Shown piece after piece: positions 38,906 through 49,764 of a DNA stretch of 64,000 nt; the stretch's first letter is position 1, and every line of letters begins with the position of its first letter. The stretch comes from Trichinella spiralis (taxonomy: Eukaryota), in the NCBI RefSeq assembly GCF_000181795.1, contig NW_003526941.1, positions 3,869,348-3,933,347 of the forward strand, read 5' to 3'. Under the pieces are notes generated by a model. The model searched no databases. It had not been told where the DNA came from and was given only the letters and a program-made list of their open reading frames with translations. The position numbers were made by a program, and so were the translations under genes.

Positions 38906-41633
38906 AGCTAAATTATACAAGAAAAATTTAATTTTCGAAAAAGGATGATTTCGAGAATTACTGTAAATATTGTAAATCAGGTATAAATTTACGTGATTAA
39001 AATTTCAATGTATTGTATTAAAATTACAAGTGAATAATTTCTATAAATTTTCTTTTGATCATTACAGTTGAACATCGCAAAGTTTGCAATAAATTTTTGA
39101 TGATTACTTATCAAAAAATGCCGAGTGCAAAAGAAAAACATTCACATGCAATATTAAAATGCAAATAAAAAGTTCGATTCGGTTGTCAATTTAAAACAAA
39201 ATAAAATTCGAATTAATTGGTCGTTCGCTTGTGCAAACTTTGAATGAGAAATTGTAATTTTTCAATTTCACCACGGTAACATAAACCGAAACTTGCTAAT
39301 TGAATATAATTTCTCCAATTTTATAAAAAGTTCATCAGCTTGAGAAAAAAAAATATATTATTTTCCTTATTTCAATGCGACATGATAAATTTTGTTTGAT
39401 TTCTTGTTCAAAAAGTACCCAAAATGGAAAATAAAATCTCCTCCCCTGAAGGGTAGAACTGCGATCAATGTCGTCATGTTGATGAACCCGAATGCTTTAA
39501 TGCACGGTAAAACGCAGGCCATTGAACGATATACAATTTCGGCCGAAATTTAATCGTCGGCTTACAGACAATCGACCATGGCTGGCAAGGCCAATAAATT
39601 CACATTATAATCGCTTGAACAGAATTTAATTTTTCAAAAAAGAAATAAGAATAGCAAAATTATTTCACACAATTTCTGTTCACATTTTCTCAACTAGCAT
39701 GCAAGATGATTTTGAATTAGAATCAAAAATGATCAATGTTGATAAAAATATTTTAAAAAATGAATAAATAAGAAATCAAAATATTCAAATAATCAAATAA
39801 ATTTGATTTGAAGACAAATATGTAGAAAAGAAAGAAAAGACAAAAAATAGTAGTAAATTACGTCATTGAAGAGGGAAATTATTTTTCTCATAGAATGTTG
39901 AACTTTTTGGGAAAATCCCGGACAGAAAATTTGGCTAAACTTTTCTTGACCCAGGCACGACCGTATTGCTTACGTGCGTTGCAAGCAGAATGGGTGGCTA
40001 CGTGCAAAAACTTCGCCAACGAATAGAAAGCATTTAGGTCAAACTGACAAGCAAGCAAGAAATTTAAGTGGTCTGATAGCGCCACAGACGATCACTTTCA
40101 GTTCACCGCAGCAACAAATCACCAAACGTTTCCAACAATTTTCATCGGCAACAACAAAAATCAGGTAAAAAATTTCATTCTCATATTTCATTATTATTAA
40201 ATATTTTATTTAAAACAACAAATCTATTGGTCATACAATTGAAAAAGCTGATCTTAATTCACACATATATACCCCCCCTCCCCCAATCTGCATGTTCTAA
40301 ACAACATTATATTATTATTTCAATAAAATCCAAATGTTGCCGAGCCAAACAATTGATCATAGATGATAGATAGTGAATTACAATATTCAGCGTGCATCGC
40401 TCAACCGTGCGAAATTAGCTTACTGAAATTATGAAAATGAATAATAATTTTAAAGTTCAAAAGTCGACTTCAACAATGAATGAATGCAAATGAGATACAA
40501 GAACATAAACGATACAACAATTATTATAAAGCACAACAGATAATTCATCTCTGAGCTTTTTTTGAAAAAAAAGAAGGGGATTGTATAAATTCAGACTGTG
40601 ACATGAAGAAGAAACTAGACTCTCAGCGTATGAAAAGAGCTGTTTACTAGGCCGAATGATGTCCTTCACACATGGTCGACTGTGTTCCGGCTTTACAAGG
40701 TCAGTTCCCATCACTCGCTGAGCAATATTTTCATTTTGCACAAAGCTTATTTCTCATTTCGATTTAAAAAGACGATAAATTTGATTAAGGAAAAATATAA
40801 TAAAGGTGGCAATAAGCAATGCCAAAAAAATAGAAAGAAGCCACATAAATTCAGACATAAACACCCAAAGCAGACGTGAAACAACAGCTGATGCAGCTGG
40901 CTAGACAGACGCTCAGGAAGCAAGATGTTGAGAAACGTTTCCCAAATAGCAACTTTTATACTATAGTCTAGTCGACGAAACAACTGCTTCGTCTGAAAAT
41001 AAAAAATTGCTTCTTCACCAATCCACCGTTAGAAACAGCTTTTTCCTCCTCCCCCACCCTCTGAACCCTCGAAAAATTCAAAATCAACAATTAATTTCCA
41101 ATTAAAAGTTTTCAATAAGAAAATAATTATTAAAAAAACCATATTATCATCTAGATCAAGAATCAGTGTTGGATTTGTAAAAAAAATACTTCTCTCAAAT
41201 TCAACAACGTGTAAAAAAAGAATGATCGCTTAATTTTAAAGCTCTGCTTCAACAACCAATTCAAAATTTCCAAGAATCAAAAAAGATATCGAATCGATGA
41301 AAATGAATTAAAAATTTTAATCCAAAACTGCCTGCCATTGGTTGGAATAGAAATGAAAAGACGAACAATTTCAACTTTGTCAAAAATAGGTTGCATTTAA
41401 GTTAATTTGTGCTTTTCAATTTCGAAATTATTCATTTTATTTGGAGAACATTTTCCATTCAGTAAAGTTTCAATTGAAAAAAATCACACACAACCAACCT
41501 GATTGATATCAAAAACCCACTAGCACATTCTTTGAGCAATCAGCTTTATCGCGTAGAAAAAAGAATTATGAAAGAAAAAAACGCAAATTTTTTTCTTTTA
41601 CAGAAAATATTTAAAAAAAAGAAGAATACAATA

Positions 41634-44298
41634 ATGTTGAACATGATCTGGCCATTGACCACGGCAACGTTGTTGCTTGGTGCAATAACGCCGTTCAGTC
41701 GAGGTGAAGTGTTCACGTCGATGGCCAACATCGACATGCTATTGCAAATGGGTGAAGATGTGTCACGTATTATTGACAACTATGTCGAAGAAGATGAACG
41801 ACGTCTGGAACAATTGAAAAAGTAGAAATTTACATATACACCAGACCCAACAAACCAAATGAATAACCGTTTCAGATTATCCGCCGAATACAAGTCCCAC
41901 AAAGTGCAAGTGCACGGCCAAGAAGGTACTGACAACGTCATTGTGAACCCGGTCGAAAGTTTTGCCATTGTCAAACAGCTCGCGGACAGCTGGCGCTACG
42001 TGGAACAGTTGATGAAAACTAATTCGGCCGAAAGTACCAACCGACCACTTTCAAACAGATTATTGTGATTATTAATTGTAATTGTGAAATTTTCCATTTA
42101 TCAGAATTGATACAAAATTTCACCCATCACACGCACAACTCGGTCGTCAGACCTCCAAGTGAAGAGGATGTGATCGGCACGGCGGTCGGATTGATGCGCA
42201 TTCAGGATGTATACAAATTGGACACTCACGACATGGCCGAAGGGAAAATCAGAGGTGTTCTCGATGGACGCAAACTAACAGGTATTGAAAATTTTCATAC
42301 GTATACGTATATCATGTTTTATTTTTTTTTCCAAATTTCAGCCTACGATTGCTTGGAAATTGCCCGAGTAGCTTATAATAAACAAGATTTCTATCACACT
42401 CTGCTTTGGGCAACCGAAGCTTGGGATCGTGTGCAAAAAGAGGACGAACCGACCATTGACGAGGCGACCGTATTGGAATATATCGCCTTCGCCATGTTCA
42501 AGCAAGGCAACATCGAATGGGCCATCCATTACACAACGCTGATCAAACAAGTCGATCCGAATCACCCCAGGGCGTCGGGAAATTTGAAATATTACCAAGA
42601 TTTATTAGATCCAGAAGGCAAGCCCAGAAAAATTGACCCAAAAAAGCTGCCACCGCCGACAAACCGTCGTCCTGACGATCTCAGCATCCCTGAACGAGAC
42701 GTCTACGAGGGGCTGTGTCGCAGTGAATATCCAATAGTCAGTATACTGACTTCAACGTTCAATTCTTTTCCACCGTACCTGACGATAGATATCTTTAGTC
42801 TGACAAAGATCGTGCCAAATTGTACTGCTATTACAAACGCAACCGACCCTATTTGAAATTAGCACCAATCAAGGTCGAAGTGATGCATTGGAAACCAAAA
42901 ATCGTCTACTTCAGAGGTGTCATTTCTGATGAAGAAATTGCTGTCATCAAGCAACTCGCTTCACCATTGGTAGAATGTTTTTCATTATTTAAGTTTATCA
43001 AAAATCAAACAACACTATTCAAAAATTTAAACTCTGTTCATTTTCAGCTGAAACGAGCGACCGTACACAACGCCGATACTGGACAATTGGAAACGGCAAG
43101 CTACAGAATCAGCAAGAGGTAAATTGAAATTCAACTCCAAAAGAAGAAACAATTTTCACATCTCAAACGTGAAAAGTTGAACAAGTAATATACGCAAATG
43201 TAATGGTTTATTCTTGCAGCGCTTGGCTTAAAGATACAGAACACGAAGTTGTTAAACGCATATCTGATAGAATTGACATGATGACAGATTTGACAATGGA
43301 AACTGCTGAACTTTTGCAGGTAGTTCGACAAATTCTTCTCATAATAATACATTCAAGCTATATTTACAAAAACGCCTATTCAGATTGCTAATTACGGTAT
43401 CGGCGGACACTACGATCCTCATTTCGACATGTCTACAGTAAGTCAATTTAAACTTTTATCCAATAATTCAAATTTACAACCAATTCAACGTGAACACTGT
43501 TTAAGAAAAATAAATAAATGAATAAATGAAAAAAAATTATTTTTCCATCTTCAATGCTCTTTAAAATTTCTAAAGTGAAAATCAACTTATAAGAAAAAGA
43601 GAACAAACTCAAAACGTTTATCAATATATTAAAAACTGGGTAAAATTATGAGCGACAATATGACAAACATTTTTCAGCGAGGTGAAAGCGATCCGTACGA
43701 AGAAGGGACCGGAAATCGCATCGCCACCGTTCTATTTTACGTAAGCCATTACTGATTTTTCTTTTGCTTTTTTAGACAAATGATCCGTACAGTTTCGAAA
43801 GTTTAAATGCAGGAAACCGAATAGCAACCGTACTGTTTTATGTAGGTTATTTATATAAAAGTTATATTTTGTTCATGTTGTTGTACAAACTCTTATTCTT
43901 AAAAGCAAAGATTGTTAAAATGGAAAACAATATCGAAATTGCACGACGATCATAAATAACAACTTGCACATATTATATGAAATGGCATTATTATTTTTAT
44001 AGATTTCACAACCGGAAGCTGGGGGCGGAACTGTATTCACTAGTCACAAAATTACTGTCGAACCAAGCAAAGTAATTTAACTTATTTTATCCATTTACTG
44101 GAGTTTTATTTCCAATGTTCACAGTACGACGCCGCGTTTTGGTTTAACGTATTGCAAGGAGGAGAGCCAGATATGAGTACGCGACATGCAGCATGTCCTG
44201 TGCTGGCGGGTACAAAATGGGTGGCTAACAAATGGATTCACGAAAGAGGGCAAGAATTTCGTCGTCCTTGTTCTACGAAAGAAACTGACTATGAATAA
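41634..44298 (+). CDS. P4HA: Collagen prolyl 4-hydroxylase alpha subunit, copy 1 (one duplicated exon pair)
   Basis: Signal peptide then EVFTSMA, NPVESF, LMRIQDVYKL, DCLEIARVAY, YEGLCR, LKLAPIKVE, RATV...YRISKSAWL, IANYGIGGHYDPHFD, GNRIATVLFY, RHAACPVLAGTKWVANKWIHERGQEF. Stop at 44298. Confidence 0.96.
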
Positions 44299-44381
44299 GC
44301 GACTCCTACGTACGCTGAAACTGCTCTAAATTTTTACCATTGTTCTTTTTTTTCAACTTTATCAAACATTTCACTTTATCC

Positions 44382-44382
<1 letters not shown>

Positions 44383-44421
<39 letters not shown>
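44383..44421. repeat. (ATT)13 microsatellite
   Basis: Perfect ATT run in the 3' region of P4H copy 1. Confidence 0.95.
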
Positions 44422-45329
44422 GTTAACTGTTTCAACTGTATTAAAGATGTCACGTGCGTTTCATTTCTCTTTTCATTATAGCGAATTCGAACAAACAATG
44501 ACGAATAGGAAATTGAAACATGCAAAACCACATACATAAAACGAAATAACAGATCTCTTACCTTATGAGTAATCTTCTTAATTACTATTTCTTCGTCCTA
44601 TAAGCACCTTCTTACTCTGCATACAATTATAAACAAAACTACTGACCAAGTCGGCTACTTGATTCAAATTTTATCACTTAATTTACAGTATAATAAATAA
44701 TACTTGAGTGTCACAATGTTTTTACTGAACATGTTATAAGCATCATTGATATCAGTAAATTTAGTAAGCATGCTAAATTATTTACTTTAAATAAATATTT
44801 ATTTGAAAGTATGGTATTTACAACTGTAGTGTGAATTATTTTAGCAATAAGAAGTTAGTTAACAATGAGGAGCGTTATTATCATATTTGCACTGACGCAG
44901 TGATTCTTATTATTCTTCGACTACGAAGCGGTTTCCCTAAGTTATTTCTCAGACAACAGCACAACAACTTGATTCCTATTTATAGTGCTTGCTCTAAAAA
45001 CAAAACTGCACTATCCATTTGGTCCTACTGTAGGTCATTGGACTTGAATTTTGTTGCACGCGGAAAAATATGATCTTTATTTAAAACTTGTTTTAATGAC
45101 TGCTGCTCCTATAATTTGTGATAAATTCTTTGATTCTTTAGTCTTTTCCCCCGGGTGCGTTACTTCTGCTACGCGGCTGTTGCTTGTTTGACGAGTATAT
45201 CTATCGTAGGCAATGCTTTCTTGAAAACGATCACTTCCTTTTTGTTGTTAAATTGTTTTCACCTTTCATTTAGATTGAACAACTTTTGACGGATTTTTAC
45301 TTGAAATAAAGCTGCTCAAAACACCTACA

Positions 45330-48300
45330 ATGGCATTATCACATTTCATTATCTTTATCACACTGATGGATTGGTGGTGTGCCATGCGATCATCTGCCGA
45401 GGTATTTACAGCCATGGCTGATGTGGAAAACCTCATTCATACTGAAGATAATGTGGTGGACGTGATTGAACAGTACATTGAAAGTGATTTGAGACGACTG
45501 CAGCGTTTGAAAAGGTACATTTTTTTTGAATGAATTTTAGTTTTTCTTTTTTTCAACCGGGAAATCGTCTTTCGTCTACTTCCTCCAACGTGAAGAAGAC
45601 CTATAAATGTAGTAGCATTATAAGTTACAGATTAAATATTCAGCTGAGCAAGTTTATCATATGAAGAAGAATGCAATTTATCAAAAGTCGCACCCTAATA
45701 TTCTATCCAACTAAGATGACGTTTTTACCTTGAGCAGTAGTTCGGCGACCTTTTCTCAAAAGTGACACACACACACGTGAGAGTCATTTTTAAACCAATT
45801 TATATTTTATTGTCAGTTGTTTGTTCGAACTCTTTCGAAAACGTAACCTGCATGAAAATTTGATTTAATTATTAGAAAAAAATAACATAACAGTTTGTTT
45901 TTATTGATAATTAAATTCACACATAGTTTGGCACAAGAATATCGTGAAAGCAAAGAAAAAGCTTTGAAAGAAGGTGCAGATCGACTTTACAATCCAGTGA
46001 ATGCATTTTTATTTATTAAAAAACTGACCGAAGAGTGGAACGACGTTGAACTGCTGATGAAATCTGACCACGCAGACAGTAAATGAAATTTGTTTTCATG
46101 TTCAATTTTACAATATCAAAAAATACTTACATTTGACGACCATTTTCAATAGTTTACTTACAAAACATAACTGCAATGCGGGATTCATCGTTGGCTAAAT
46201 TCCCTACTGAAGAAGATTTGACCGGAGCGGCCGAAGCTTTGCTACGCCTTCAAGATGTCTACAAATTGGACACGCATGAATTATCTTCTGGAAGAATAAA
46301 AGGTGCCAAGCAGGGTCTTGAATTGGATGGTATGAATTAATTTGTTTAATAATATTTCCTGGTTTGTTTATTTTGTTTTTCGCTTAACAATAGCTAACGG
46401 CTGTTTTGAACTTGGTCGAGTTGCTTATAATCAAAAAGATTATTACCATGTGATCCTTTGGATGCAGGAAGCGTTGAATCGCGTTGAACATGAAAATCCA
46501 CCGTCTGTTGATCAGGCCGAAATTCTCGAATATCTTGCTTACGGAATGTATCAACAAGGCAACGTGAAAAGAGCGTTGCAGTTGACGAAACGCTTGCAAC
46601 GCATCAAGCCCGATCATCCCAGAGCTGAAGGAAACGTCAAATGGTATCTGGACCTATTGGCTAAAGAAGGTGTGTCCAGAGTTACCGATCACGATCTGCC
46701 ACCAATCGTCAATGCTCGTCCGAACGACCAAGCTCTGCCAGAGAGGAAGGACTTTGAAGCATTGTGTCGTGGTGAATATTTGCTGGTAAAACAAAAAAAA
46801 TCTCAAATTATGCAAATATACCCCAACAATAATTTCTTCCGTAAATTACTCTTTTTAAACAGACAGAAAAACAACGCTCTCGTTTGTATTGCTATTACAA
46901 GCGTGATACACCATTTTTGAGTTTGGCACCGATCAAGGTGGAAGTGATGCACTGGAAACCAAAAATTGTCATTTTCCGTCAGGTGATCAGTGCAAACGAG
47001 ATTGCCGTATTGAAAACTCTAGCATATCCTCGGGTAAGATTTCTCTGGATGTGTTCATATTATTGTTCTTGAGAGAAAAATGGGCAGTTTCCATCGCGCT
47101 TTTTTGTTCTTTTTTTTCGCGTACTTTTTCAGCTTTCCCGAGCGACGGTGCAAAATTCCGAAACTGGCGAACTTGAAACTGCTAAATACAGAATCAGCAA
47201 AAGGTGTCGAACTGTTTGTTTTTCCTTTATTGGGTGGGGTTCACTTTAGCTTTGTTAGAGCATGCTTTTGTCTCTCTCTCTCTCTCTTTTTTTTTTACCA
47301 ATTATCACTTCCATTAGTTTTGCTTGTTCTTTTGTTGCTTTGTAGTTGCGAAGAGCCACCGTGCACAACAAGGAGACGGGACAACTGGAACACGCCTCGT
47401 ATCGTATCAGTAAAAGGTGTTTGTTGTTTGCATTAACTTTATATATTGCTTGTTATTGTTAGATATGCTAGAAAACATAAAAGCTTGGGTAGTAGTAGTA
47501 GTAGCTAGTTGATTGTATGAAAAATAATCTACGTACTTACCTGCTTTTGCAGTTTCTCATTTTGGTAATTTATAATTTTTCAGCGCATGGTTGAAAGAAC
47601 ATGAACATCCAGTAGTTGATAGAATCGTAAAAAGGATCCATGATATGACCAACTTGAATATGGAAACTGCTGAAGATCTTCAGGTATATTTTTTAGCTTC
47701 AACAATTTGCTCGACTTCAGTTACAGATTAATATTCTTTCTTCGTTTTTTCATCTTATTCATTCACTGGTTAATTTTCATTTTTCACATTTGGCGTCATT
47801 GGTTTTCTTTTTTCTTTTGTCAGTGATAATCATCAATGTGATGATGATATTAAATGTTCTATTTACAGATTGCCAACTACGGTCTCGGAGGTCATTACGA
47901 CCCTCACTTCGATCATGCTAGGGTAAGCATCGTGCTAGAGGGTCATTGTCAATGATAAATTGCATTTTTTATGAACTCTTAACATTGAAATGAGAATAGT
48001 AATAATAATAGTAATCAAAGAAATAACGTGTACCGATTACTTAGGTTTCACTTCCAGGATAATACTATTATTACAGTATATTGGAACGCAGGATAAATGC
48101 AATATATAATGTGTTTGAACCGAACCGCTACAAACGTAATAAAAGATATACATTGACAACGTTCTCTCTAGCACGAAATTCTTTCTTTACTTATTTTTTG
48201 CTTTTGTTTAGATAGCCAATTACGGGATAGGTGGTCACTATGAACCTCATTTTGATATGTCTACGGTAAGCGATGCGCCGGTTATCTCATCAGCAGAGAG

Positions 48301-49241
48301 GCTCTAATTAAAAACATAAAATTGTAGGGAGATCAGTAATTAGAGATGTAATTTATAATTTATAAATACAAAATAACCAAACAAAACAAATTAAACAGCC
48401 TCTGCTGATGAGAGAAAATATCCGGTTAAATTTTCAGTAGACCTTTGCTCATGGACTATTTCAGCGTGACGAAGTGGATCCATATGAGCACGGGCATGGA
48501 AATCGCATCGCCACCACTCTTTTTTATGTGAGTATTTTATTCAACATATTTTGCAAGATGTTTTTTCTTTATAGAAGGAAGAGGTGAATGCTTTCAAAAG
48601 CCTGAACACTGGTAATCGGATCGCAACGGTTCTGTTTTATGTATGTATTTAATTTTATATGCACTGTCGGTTGAATTTTGTTTCCTTTTGCTTCTACCTT
48701 TTCTTTTCTACGTATACCGCATGCCATAATCGAAAATTTGCTTCTATTTTTGCATGAAAAATGTGCAAAGGAAGAAGTTTCAATACAAAAAAAAACTGAA
48801 TTATTTCAAATTCTAATTTGCATGCTAATATATGAATAATATGTGAATGAATGTGCTGCAACTTTATCCCTTTTCTTCGACTAGTTATGATAGTTGAAAA
48901 GTCAACCAACGTGGACAAATATCCTTCCTTTTAGATATCTCAACCTGAAGCTGGTGGTGCAACAGTGTTTATTACACACAAGTTGGCCATTTTTCCAGTC
49001 GAGGTAAAGTAAAAAGCAGATCACTATGATGAAAGTGGAAGCCATAGGGGACGTGCTACTTTTTCAGGGTGACGCTGCATTTTGGTTCAATTTGAAACCT
49101 AATGGCGAAGGTGACATGTCGACCCGCCACGCAGCTTGTCCAGTTTTAGCTGGTGTGAAATGGGTTGCGAATAAATGGATTCACGAACGTGGTCAAGAGT
49201 TTTACCGGCCTTGCGGTCTACGCGAAGATGATTATGAATAA
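45330..49241 (+). CDS. P4HA: Collagen prolyl 4-hydroxylase alpha subunit, copy 2 (three duplicated exon pairs)
   Basis: Same motifs and largely the same intron positions as copy 1 (EVFTAMA, NPVNAF, LLRLQDVYKL, CFELGRVAY, FEALCR, RHAACPVLAGVKWVANKWIHERGQEF). Alternative exons at 47133-47203/47346-47416, 47869-47922/48212-48265 and 48465-48527/48575-48640. Confidence 0.96.
47930..48176 (+). promoter_or_regulatory. Intronic inverted repeat (candidate pre-mRNA stem) between alternative exons B1 and B2 of P4H copy 2
   Basis: 47930-47942 pairs with 48164-48176 (13 bp, one G-U) and 47946-47954 pairs with 48151-48159 (9 bp). Confidence 0.65.
48278..48425 (+). promoter_or_regulatory. Intronic inverted repeat (candidate pre-mRNA stem) between alternative exons B2 and C1 of P4H copy 2
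   Basis: TCTCATCAGCAGAGAGGCT (48285-48303) pairs with AGCCTCTGCTGATGAGA (48397-48413), 17 bp with a 2-nt bulge, plus an outer CCGG/CCGG pair. Confidence 0.65.
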
Positions 49242-49764
49242 ATGCGAACAAAAATGAACCGACCGAAATCGTTATTATTGCATCAGTTGCAACTCTTATT
49301 CTTTTTTAAATGTACAAAAAAATTTCAATTTTAATTCCAGTACAGAGTATTGTTATCGATTATCGTTTCTGAAACTGTTGCTTTTTACATTTCCACGATA
49401 CAGTATGCAAATATATAATAGCCTCAAGCCAAGCAATGATTTATCCCCTCCTATGCTCTCTTCTTCCAGTACAATCTCAGTGGTTGAAAATATATTTTCT
49501 GATATTTCGTTTTCACTGCCTACCTTTTTCTTTACTGTGAATGATATACTTAAATAAGTAAGTATATAACGAATGGCCTGTTATTTACTTATTTATCAGT
49601 TTAATACATTTTTGATTACTACATTGTTGCTCTCCTGTGCTGAATAAAAAGATTCCAAAATCGATCAATCAATTTGTAAAAGACGAATTGTGAAATTGGA
49701 AAAAAAAGCTGCGCAATGATGCACTGAAAAGCAGCAAAAAGTACGCTTTGATCGTGGAATGCTT

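Noticed and set aside
47535..47544. TACTTACCTG, matching the U1 snRNA 5' end, in the intron after exon A2
   Set aside because: No further U1 sequence follows. A 10-mer equal to an antisense donor consensus can occur by chance, so a splice-site-masking role is unsupported.
45623..47736. Near-identical 18-19-mer AGTTACAGATTA(A)ATATTC in two introns of P4H copy 2 (45623 and 47719)
   Set aside because: Short, AT-rich and in direct orientation; not distinguishable from chance without conservation data.
48662..48913. Possible third intronic stem after exon C2 (CACTGTCGGTTGA / TCAACCAACGTG)
   Set aside because: Only about 11 pairs with a bulge and a mismatch; too weak to call by eye.
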